This document shows, one piece after another, positions 25,701 through 35,672 of a DNA stretch of 64,000 bases; position 1 is the first letter of the stretch; every line of letters begins with the position of its first letter. Source of the stretch: Caecitellus pseudoparvulus (Eukaryota; Protista; Bigyra: Bicosoecida); NCBI GenBank assembly GCA_965644315.1, contig CBFFRQ010000068.1:868001-932000 (forward strand), written 5' to 3'. The notes below the pieces were generated by a model, which was given only the letters and a program-made list of their open reading frames with translations, searched no databases and was not told where the DNA came from. The translations under genes were made by a program, and so were the position numbers.

Positions 25701-28700
25701 GGGGACCAGGCATCTGCCCAGTTCATTCCCCCTGAGAATACTTCATACGCCAAGCCCTTCATCACGGAGACACTGGGTGCTGCTGGAACCGGTGCCGAGA
25801 CGCGCGGTGGGCAGACTGTCGTGTTGAGGGGGAGCAACTTGGGCCAGTTCCAAGTGGCCATTCAACGCGTGGTGCTGCAGGGCTACGACTACGGTGACAA
25901 GTCTGGGCCACTGAGAGCGTACGATTTCACGGCCAACTGCGTGCTTTCAGTTGCCCACGTGGAGCTGACGTGCACGACGCCAGAAGGTGCCGGTTCCTTC
26001 ATGAGCTTCGACGTCGTCGTGGATGGTCTGCAGTCAGAGCCTGCCTCCACCCGGTACTTGCAGCCCCACCTGGATGCCGTGCAGACTGCTGATCCTGCGG
26101 CAGGGGAAGCGGCTCGCAACGTGACTCCGAGCACCCTGCACACACGTGGTGGGGATGTTTTCTCGGTGCAAGGCTTGAACTTCGCAGAGAACATCACGTA
26201 CGTCACCTCCCTGACCTACTCTGGGTCCTACAGTGTGCCCGCCATCTCAGGCGGAGGCACTCGCCAAGTGCGGAAAGAGGTCGTCGCAAGCTGCAACATG
26301 ACTGCAGCGCACCACGAACTGCAGTGTGTGACACTGCCAGGCGTAGGGGCGGGTCTCCAGGTAAACATGCTCGTGGCGGGACAAGGCAGAGACTCTGAGA
26401 GCATCGACATGCCTCCAGTCTCGTACGCACCCCCTGACATGCTGACCATGCTGCCTTCCTTTGCTGCCAGCCAGGTTTCCTCTCGGATTTTCCGCTTGCC
26501 AGTATCCCTTGGATCTGAGCGAGACACTCTGACTCTGCCCACGAGGATGCAAGACAGTCGTCAGCGCATACGTCTTGTGGGCACGAATTTCGGCACGGCG
26601 GCTGAGGGCCTGACACTTCGTGCTCAGGTCGTTAACTCTGGTCCCGGTGATGCAACCGTTTTGCCGGTGTCTTTCTCTGAAGGGAACTGTTTCGAGTCCT
26701 TCGACCGCTTGTCCGGGACAGGTGGTACGCAGTGGTACAGCAGCGGCTTCCCGCTGGCTGATCTGGAGCAGGCATACGTCACGGCCGTTGGGTCCCCTCT
26801 CGCAGTGGATACAGCAGGCCAGTCGGTGCCGCAGGAGGAGCAGTCCAGGTCGGCTCCCTACTGCATCGACTTCATCCCGCCAGTTGAGAACCATGAATCT
26901 CTGCGACTGACGGTGGAAGTGGGAGAGCAACCATCAGCATCTGAACTTGAGCTATCCTTTGCCCGCCCACACGTCGGCGACGTCATCGTGGCGGTGTCTG
27001 AAGAATCTGAGATCGGACCCATCGTCGCCAACAGGTCTCGATCGGCATCCGGTACGAACGTGGTTCCGGCCCTGAATGTGCAAGAGGAGCTCCAGGGCTG
27101 GCGCATGTTGAAGCTGGAAGGCCTGGACTTCGGCACGAGCGGTGCTGTGGTTGTGCAGTACGTGGACCTGGTCGGCAACGGCACAGGCTCGGCTGATGCT
27201 GAAATCAACAGCACGTTGTACTCGACACATGGCATCTTGACGAAGTACGTGGAAGAAATGCGTGCTGCAGGCCACTGCTGTGCTGCTGCGGCGGCTGATC
27301 TCGTCGCAAGTTGCCTGGAGGAGTGCTTGCGAGTGGACTTGACCAGTGTCCTGGGTGGTGGCTTCTATGACCGCAACTTGGGCGCAGCGCCACGCAGTGT
27401 GCGCAGGGAAACCACTCTGTGCCGCTCTGATGTTGACATCGTCGCAGACTCCATCGTGGACCCAGCTTTCTACTTCAGGCCTGAGCTGCAGTTCCACTAC
27501 CGCCACGACAGTATCCGGTGCCTGCTGCCGCCTGCAGGTGGCCGGGAGATCACCGCTGCGGTGGGTGTGCTTGTGGCTGGAGGGCGGTTCCACGCGCACT
27601 CCAACGTCATGGACTTCTCGCAGCTCAGCCCCCGCATCCTGGAAGTGCGAAGCACGGCGACATTCACAGCAGGGGATGCATACCGCACCACGGGTGGACA
27701 GACCCTGCGATTATTGGTGGAGTATGCCGGCACTGTGGACCGCAACGTCACCCGGATTGAAGTGGGTGAAGAGGGCGTTCCTCCCGGTGAGCAGCGCATG
27801 CCCAACACCTTGTGCCCGATTGACTGGTCAGACTCCCAAGCTTTCCAAGAGCTGGACGACAATGGCGACCCGTGTGGCAGCAATTGCATTCGGTCTCGGG
27901 AGTTGGCTGTGCTGACCTGCTTGATGCCCCCAGGTGAGGGTACACAGGTGCCCATCCGTGTGTTCCGTGGTGACCGCGCTTCAGACAACGCCGAGTTTGT
28001 GACATTCTTGCCGCCCTCTGTGGATTCCATCATCCCATTCGCTGGCAGGCGCTTGCAGGCTGGGCTGCCCGCCTTTGGCACTGAGGGCGGCCAGCTTGCT
28101 TGGCTGCAAGGGTACAACCTGGGCATCTTGGACCGCGCTGTGAACTTCACTTTCGCGTCACCGTCCATGCCACTGGCTGGGTACACCGATACGGCTCCCC
28201 AGACGAACTTGAGCGCGGGGGTGCAGCTTGTGCCGCGCGGGCCTGGCCTGCAACCTTGGGAGCGAGTGCTCATTTCCATTCCAGCCAACGGTGTCGGGCA
28301 AGATCACCACGTGTGTGTGACGGTTGCCGGCCAGGCTGCATGCTCGCCAACAGGCGTCTTTTCGTACGCTGCGCCGGAAGTCACGCGCACCGTGAACTTT
28401 GCCTCCATCAGCACCCGGGGCTCCAATGGCAAGCTTTGGATCATCGGCAGCAACTTTGGGCCTGCCTATATCCCAGGCGTGACTTCGTTTTCCCTGCCTG
28501 GAGTCAACTACGAGCTACACGAGGCGGATTGGAACCACACACACATCGCGTTGACCATCCTTCCCTCCAACGGCGGCCTGCGCATGGACATGTCATTCAC
28601 AGTGGAGGGGCAGACGTGGCGGTCTGCCGATGTGGGGGGCATCCCTCCCAGCGGCCCGCCCGTTGTGGGTGACCTCACCCTCGTCAACTTTGCCCAGCCA

Positions 28701-31700
28701 GCGGTGAACCAGAGCACGACGGACCCCCTTGTGAACATTCCCACACGGGGGGGCATGAATGTGACCATCCGGGGCACGAACTTCGGCTTGGCGCCGTACG
28801 TGGAGCTGGGAGGGGTGCGCACGACACCTGTGGAGTCCGATCACGAATTCCTCACGTTTGTCGTGCCCGAGTCTGTTGGCTCTTACGATGTGGTTGTGTT
28901 CGCAAACAACCAGCCCATCAGCACCCCGTTGCGCCTGGAGTACGCCGCTCCCTCGCTGTCCTCCATCAGGGTGCTGCGAGGTTGCCAGCAGCGCTGTGGC
29001 GACATTGTCATCGGCGGGCAGGAGAGCGCGGGCCTGTACACGACGCCTTGCGAAGAGGACAGCGTCTTTGGCGGCACGGCAAACGTCGAACCGTACAGCG
29101 TGTGGACCAACCGTGTCACTGCGGATACTCCTGAGTGGGACAGAGTGCGCCGCTGTGCACAGCCAGACCGAGTGGAGTTGCGGGGCGCGAACTTCGGCTC
29201 CCCCACTGATGGAGCACACGTTGTCTTCAATGGCCAGCGCATCACTGCTCGTTGCGACAGCATCGACACGCCTGGCTCGCGGTTCAAGCCCCTGGTTCCC
29301 TGCCTCATGGACGTGCTGCCGTCCGAGGAGCACGACCTCGTGAAGATCCGCGCGCCTCCAGGGCAGGGGGCAGGCCACTCCATCCATGTGTCCTTGCCTG
29401 AAAAGGTGAACGGCGCCGCGACGTCCAGCTCCCTGGACACGCCAGCGCAGGCCATCGACTACCTGGCACCTGAGATCACCAACCAGCACCCACGCCCTTT
29501 CCGGGCTGTGGGGGACACCCTGTACTTCTTCGGGCACGGGCTGGGCCACAACTCAAGCGCCTTCCCGCTGTGCACCGACCCGGCATTCGGGCTGGAGCCC
29601 TTCCAGGATCATGACGTCATGCACGTCAGCCTGAGCGGTACCTTCAACTGCACGTCGCTGTGCTGGTCCTCTACGCTCTCTCCGTCAGCGTACCAGTTGA
29701 CTGAGCCGGGGGTGCCTGAGAACGGCCTCCCCTTCCTCAAGTGCGAGATGGGCCAAGTGCCCCGTGGGCCGCACACTGTGGAGGTGACGGTGGCCGGGCA
29801 GACGGGTGCCCGAGTAAACCTGCCTGACACGTCCACATCCATCCGCTCTGTCTGCGACAAGGCGTGGTGGGGCATGGACGGTGAGTACTGCTTGACTTGC
29901 CCTGAGGGTGCAGTGTGTGAAAACTGCCCCGCTGACAGCTGGGAACACCTCAACTGCCCGGATGGGTACCGTTCAGAAGACCCAGAGTGCCTTGTTGGCG
30001 CGGCCCAGCAGGGGCCGCAGTGTACGGAGCCGACCACTGAGGGCGGGGAGCCTGTGTCAGTGAAGGGCTTCTGGGTTGTGCAGATCCAGAACACGACTAA
30101 GGAGTTCAATGACGATGAAGTGTGCCCGCCTGAACGCCGAGGGCGCGAGGAATGCCCGCTGCCTGTCGGCTGCCTGCCAAGCTTCGCGTGTGTCGGCAAC
30201 AACGAGTGTGCTTTTGGCTACATCGAAGAAAGGTGCTCCAAGTGCCGGCCGAAGAGTCACTTCCGCATCGCAGGCGTGTGCAAGAAGTGCCCTGACAACC
30301 CGTGGATGCCCATCGTCGGCTTCGTGGCTGTCATCATTGTCATGTGTGGCGGTTCGTGGTACGTGAACAAGAAGAACCTCTCCTTGGGCATGGTTGCCAT
30401 CGGCATCGACTACTTCCAGGTGCTGGCAATTTTCGCCCAGTCCAACGTCAAGTGGCCGGACATCCTTATCGAGTTCTTCAACATCTTCTCGTACATCAAC
30501 TTCAACATCGACGTGGCTGCCCCTGAGTGCCTGACCCCCAACCTGGACTTCAGGCTTAAGTGGTACATGCAGCTGGGACTGCCCATCGGAGTTGCTGCCA
30601 TGTTGGCGCTGTCCTTTGTTGTCGTGTACGTGTGGAAGAAGTTCATCAATGGGCAGTCTGGTGCGGTACTGACGGCTCACTTGAGCCCGTCAATCACCGC
30701 CCTCGTGACGGCCATGTACGTGCTGTACCTGCTGCTCTGCCGGCGTGTGTTCGACGTGTTCAACTGCAACCCGACCGTGCCTCCCGACCCGCGCGGAACG
30801 CTGTACATGGAAGCCACCAACTCCCCCTGCTGGGAGCCTGGGAGTCTGCACATGCAAGTGCTGCCCTTCGCAATCTTTGGCCTTTGCTTCTACGTGATCG
30901 GGTACCCTGTTTTCGTCGGCTACTTCCTGTTCAAGTTCCGCGAAACCATCAAGGAAGACCAGCACCTGCGAGCCATCGGGGCGAACTACGTCGCGTCTGC
31001 AACAACAGGTAACGCTGGGGCGACCTTCCGTGCTCGGTACTCGAAGCTGTACTACTACTTCAAGCCGTCCCACTACTGGTTCATTCTGACGGTGCTGGGC
31101 AGGAAGGTGTTCCTTGCCATGACATCCCTCATGTTCCGATCCAACCCCGGCTTCCAGCTTGCAGTGGCGCTGCTCATTGTGTTCTTCTCGTTCACAGCCA
31201 GCGTCATCGTGCAGCCATACCTATGTGCTGCCACGGCAGAGGAGGTTATGGAGAAGCATGACAAGATGGTGAACCTGGGCAGTCGACTGCACCAGAAGAT
31301 CGACGTGGAGCTGCGACGGGCTCGAGCCCAGCAGGCAGCAGACCTGCGCAAGCAGAAGTCTGCTGGCTGGAGCAAGGCGAACGAGTCCTTGGCCAGCAAG
31401 GATGGCCAGTCGAAGGACTCGGGGCAGTCTGAGCAGGTGGCTGACACGCGCCACCTGCCCCAGAACCGGGCTGCCAACGGTGACACCCGCATGGCCGGCA
31501 GCATCCTGGTGAACTACAACTTCGTGGACCAGCTGCTGCTGGCGAACACCGTGCTGGTGTGCCTCATCGGGCTCATGTTTGAGAGCAACCAGTTCAGCAC
31601 GGACAACGCGGCCAACGATGCCGCGACGGGGTCCCTGACGGGCGTTGCCATCTTCCTCATCATGTCTGGCACCATCTTCTACATCACGTGCTTCACCATC

Positions 31701-32201
31701 GACATGTACGCCAACCTGGGCAAGCGCGGGTGCTGCACCACCCTGGAGGCTGAGAAGCGCCAGCACGGCTCGCTGCGCAAGGCCTTGATCAAGCGCCTCG
31801 TCACCAACGCCCGGAAGAAGAAGGCTGCAGGGAAGAAGGGCAAGAAGCCAGGCAAAGACTCCGGCATGGACGCCCTGATCGACGCCCGCAACGCGAAGGG
31901 TGGGGAGGAGGAGAAGGACACGGGCATGCAGATGAACCCCATGCTGATGAAGGCGGGTCACTCCGCGAACAAGGCAGCATCGGCTGTCGCTTCTCTCTCC
32001 CAGGAGCAACTGAAGGCCTCCAACGTCCCAGCCGAGGTGCCCGCGGATGCCGTGTACAGGGCGTACCTTGCGCGGTACTTGGCAATGGAGAAGGACATCG
32101 CGGTGCTGGCGGAGGAATTTGGCGACAAGAAATCAGGCGGCGGCGGCGGTGCCGCAGGCGCGGCTGGTGATGGTAAGGCCGCCGCCGGAGCAGGAGTGTG
32201 A
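13704..32201 (+). CDS. Giant multi-pass cadherin (Nonagonal-like), paralog B, ~6,093 aa. join(13704..13872,13943..14014,14161..32201)
   Basis: Signal peptide MRLAPRLFLLLCGAVSLLSSQA. Introns GTAAGT..CGCAG (70 nt) and GTGCGT..CACAG (146 nt) restore FTIEGWYFF and QYISLGFN in frame with the 6,056-aa ORF. Domains: about 3 LamG-like, CGDG..CDDGN repeat (~14675), lectin-like (~17450-17780), ConA-like (~17800-18430), 11 cadherin repeats (~18780-24300), IPT/TIG array (~24300-29830), Cys-rich neck (~29850-30300), about 9 hydrophobic helices (~30300-31710) and a cytosolic tail. Confidence 0.93.
19061..20270 (+). repeat. Three tandem ~125-150-aa protein repeats inserted in cadherin repeat 1 of paralog B
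   Basis: Units start WDSGWF / PDFDSSWF / PDFATN and share V.V...DGxNxGF.F, (Y/W)GG..YxY, VR(L/V/A)(W/F)(A/G)P and a final V.V.xW strand. Confidence 0.8.
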
Positions 32202-32398
32202 GCGGAGCTTGTGCTGTGATGCATCCAGCCACACTGCCCTGCGCGGTGCCTGGGCCGGTTTGCCCAGGCGCCCTCGTTCTACGTGCGTGTACATTCCATG
32301 AGTGTTTGTGAGTGTGAAAAGCAGGTCAAAGGGCTTGTCCCCCACCTGCAGGCTGTATGAGTATCGTGCGCCCCAATGCACTATCGCTGACTCGCCAG

Positions 32399-32940
32399 TC
32401 ACCCGCCGTGCAGAGTGGAGATGAACGAAATGGCATCGCCGTCCTGCACCTCGTACTCCCCTTTGCCCTCGATCTCCCAGTCTGCGTCATTCACCAGCAC
32501 AAGCACGCCAGGCCGCCTGCAGGGGGGGGTGCGGCATGGTGCGTGACTGCGATGGGGAGGAATGGTCAACAATTCCTTGCGCAGCACCACTCACACGGTG
32601 CCATCTGCGACAAACAGCTCAGGTCGCTCCTTCAAGTACTCGTCCTTGATGTGCATGATGAGGGAGTCCAACGTGAGGGATTCCCCTTGCACCGGCACTT
32701 TGATGTCCATCTCTTTCTGCTTGTCGAACAGGAGCTCCAAACCTCCACTGCACGGCGGGTGCGGAAATCGGTCGGGTGCCTGGTGCGAAGACGCTCACCG
32801 CGCCTGACAGAGTCGCACCTGAACTCAATCGACAGCGAAATGGATTTCATGCTCGGCGCTTCTGTCGTTGCATCTGCAGGCTTGGGCTGTGTCTCCTTGC
32901 CAGCCCCAGCGCTCGGCGGAGCGCTGCCTTCGCTGGCCAT
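32399..32940 (-). CDS. URM1: Ubiquitin-related modifier 1, 130 aa. Exons 32940-32819, 32747-32595, 32516-32399
   Basis: Splicing two GT-AG introns (71, 78 nt) gives [11 protein letters not shown]...[26 protein letters not shown]...[10 protein letters not shown], the Urm1 signature with C-terminal GG. Confidence 0.95.
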
Positions 32941-33100
32941 GTCGAGGCAATTGAGTGATGGTCGAGCTGCCTGTGCGATGATGTGGACCAGAGCGACCCT
33001 TTCGAAGATGGGGAGGGGGCTGAGAAAATAGTGCTCAGGGAGAGGATTTTCTGCATGGCCTTTCCGCGCGCGGCGGTTGACAGCGGTTCGCCAGCATCGG

Positions 33101-34183
33101 TTACGGCCCGCGGCTGCTCGCAGGATCCGGGCATTCGCCCTGCTGATCTAGCCAGCACTGCAGCGCGAACACGTGTGCCCGCCCAATGCACGAAGCGATG
33201 CCTCCAGTACTAGTCATGGTCGGGGCCAGGCCCGTCCCATTCACCACGGAGCAGGGCACGGGCAGGTCGGGTGGAGGGGTGCACGCCACGCCCTGCAGGC
33301 TGGGGAGCAGACCCACTCGCCGTCGGTAGGCTGCCGTGTGGGCCAACACTGACGCCACCTGCTCCTTGTCCAGCCACACGGCGGCCTCCACCTCCTCTGG
33401 CTGCAGCTGCACCCGCTGTCTCAGCCCGCCAGCAGCGGAGGCGGGAGGGAGGCATGCGCGGTACAGCATCACAAAGTGCTGGCGCTTGGGTACTGCGCCC
33501 ACGGGGCCCGTGGCAGGGTACGTGGACACCCAGGCACAGAGGGGGCGGAGGCCGCCCCCTGCCAGCCCCAGGTCCACCCCTGCCTCCTCCTTCAGTTCCC
33601 TGGCTGCGGCCTGCAGCGATGACTCCCCGTCGTCAATGTGACCCCCCGGCGCCACCCAAATGCCGGGGAAGGAGCGCATGTGGCTGGGGCGCTTGACAAG
33701 CAGGACGCTGCCCTCACTCTCCAGCACGACGACGGCGCCGGCGCGCCAGTGGTTGCTGGTGTCTGCGATGGGCTTGCCGTGCCGGGCACCGAGACACAGC
33801 GGGCACTCGGGTGCGTGGGAGAGGGGCACTACAGGGTGCTTCCCCGCTTCACTGTCCTGTGCTCCTGCGCCGGCCCATGGACTGATCACGAACTGTCTGC
33901 AGCCCGTCTCGTGGATGGACACGGCTGCGACGTCGTGCCCCAGCGCATCCTGCACGGGCGAGAAGCCCTCCTGTCCCAGCAAACATTCACCAAACCGCAG
34001 TGGAGCTGATTCAGTGCCTTGTGTTAGCACTGACACATGGGCTTTTGTTGAGTACGCCTTCTTTGCCTCTAAGGCGGCAGCCTGGGCGGCAGAAGCCATC
34101 CAGCGTTTCACAGGCGTTTCACTCGCAGCAGCAAAGCGGGACGATCGCGCAAACCCGAGCCACCGTAGAACTGGCGAGAGCAT
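33101..34183 (-). CDS. NUDT17: Nudix hydrolase, NUDT17-like
   Basis: Nudix box GGHIDDGESSLQAAARELKEEAGV with the flanks MRSFPGIWVAPGGH, WVSTYP, PKRQH and LQPEEV typical of NUDT17. The Arg/Ser-rich N-terminus resembles a mitochondrial presequence. Confidence 0.8.
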   Translation of the reverse strand: MLSPVLRWLGFARSSRFAAASETPVKRWMASAAQAAALEAKKAYSTKAHVSVLTQGTESAPLRFGECLLGQEGFSPVQDALGHDVAAVSIHETGCRQFVISPWAGAGAQDSEAGKHPVVPLSHAPECPLCLGARHGKPIADTSNHWRAGAVVVLESEGSVLLVKRPSHMRSFPGIWVAPGGHIDDGESSLQAAARELKEEAGVDLGLAGGGLRPLCAWVSTYPATGPVGAVPKRQHFVMLYRACLPPASAAGGLRQRVQLQPEEVEAAVWLDKEQVASVLAHTAAYRRRVGLLPSLQGVACTPPPDLPVPCSVVNGTGLAPTMTSTGGIASCIGRAHVFALQCWLDQQGECPDPASSRGP

Positions 34184-34330
34184 GGGAGCGCGTGGCGTGA
34201 TTAAACCGTCGGTGTGGCCCTGTCCAAATTGGAAGGACTCCCAACGCTGCCGCAGATTCTGCCGTTTTGCGAACCCTCGGAGACTGGCTCGCCTGCAGCG
34301 ACGTGACCGTCACTTTTTCCAACAAACAGC

Positions 34331-35668
34331 ATGGCTTTGACGCAGTCATACTCGCTAGGGGATGTGGAGCTCAGCATAAGGTATCACATCAGCGTCTAGC
34401 AACGTTTTGTGCTGTCACATCCTTACGAGTGGGCGCTGCATCCTGTGCACAGGAGCGTGGCGGGCGACAGCACTTGTGTCATGGTATCCGAGCCCTTCAA
34501 GGCCATGTTTGACATCGGCCTGCAGGCGCGCAGCATCATCAGCCACGACGTGGTGTTCATTTCACATGGGCACATGGACCACGTGGCAGCCCTGCCCTGG
34601 CACGCTGCCCAGCGGGCCATGGGCCACATGGCACCCCCCACATACTTTGCGCCGCCTACCACGGCAGCAGGCCTGGAGGCAGTGCTCGCGGCCTCCAGGC
34701 AGCTGCAGGAGCCCGGCGAGGCGTGCCTTGCAGCGAGCATTGTCCCGCTCTCCGCAAGCAGCACTGTGCTGCTCTCGAACAGCCAACGTCGGGGTGTGCC
34801 TGCTGCCGCGGCCGCTTCGCAGGGTGACAGCAGAGTTGAGGTGGCTGCAGGGGCAGACTCCCAGATGCACACAGACAGTCGGCGCAGTCGTGCTGTGGAG
34901 CTGCCTCCAGACACCGCCCCCACAGCACAGTGGGCCCAGCCGCGCAACTTCCCATTCTGTGTGCGCCCCTTGCCAGCACAGCACAGGGTTGAAGGCTGCG
35001 GTTTCTGCGTCTTCAATCGCAGCATTCGCCTTGCGGAGTCGGTGAAGCTGCTGTCCAGACAGGCGTTGCTGGAAGCAGAGGCTGCCGGGGAGTCCTTGCA
35101 CACTGTGCATGAGCGCGCACTGTTCGCCGTCTCAGGCGACACACTGCTCGATGCGGTGCTGGGGAGTCCGGAAGCGCTGCAGGCCAGTGTGCTGGTGCTG
35201 GAGTGCACATACCTTGAGGAGACACCGAAAACCAGTGTGTCCAAGTGCCGAGCCCGTGGACACACGCACCTGGTGGAGGTGGCGGCGGCATGGGCGGCGG
35301 GGACGTTTGAAAACGAGCACATTCTCCTTGCGCATGTCAGTCGGAGGTATCGCTTTGGAGCTGCGCTGAAGTTGGTCACGGGGACGCTACATGATGCATT
35401 GGTGACCCACTTAAAACAAGAGTTGGGGCATGCTCCGTCCGCTGCCGAGATTGCAGATGCCTCGGCTCAGCGGCCACACGTGCATGTGCACTGCCCGCCT
35501 GACCCACTTGACGTGCGCGGGGCAGCAGGACATGAGGCCAATCCGAGAAAGCGGCCTGCCGCACGTCAGCACAGCCGGCAGCACTCCTCTCGCGGGAGAG
35601 GGCGGGGCCGAGGTCGCGGCGGCTCTGCCAAGCGGGGCCGAGGGCATGCTCAGCACGGCTCCCGTTAG
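34331..35668 (+). CDS. Short-form (TM-type-like) tRNase Z / metallo-beta-lactamase nuclease, ~421 aa. join(34331..34380,34453..35668)
   Basis: A 72-nt GT-AG intron gives MALTQSYSLGDVELSIRSVAGDSTC. Motifs FDIG, FISHGHMDH (HxHxDH), HRV, SGDT, LVLECTY, GHTHL and LAHVSRRY resemble plant TRZ1/TRZ2-type enzymes. Confidence 0.85.
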
Positions 35669-35672
35669 ATCG

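Noticed and set aside
29850-31710. Flamingo/CELSR ortholog
   Set aside because: About 9 rather than 7 helices, no GAIN/GPS or hormone-receptor motif seen, and the LamG domains are N-terminal to the cadherins.
14161-32201. Bacterial giant adhesin or recent horizontal transfer (Cys 'myxococcal' repeat, 18-kb intronless stretch)
   Set aside because: Spliceosomal introns at the 5' end, a eukaryotic-type multi-pass C-terminus and eukaryotic neighbours argue against it. Ancient bacterial origin of individual domains is not excluded.
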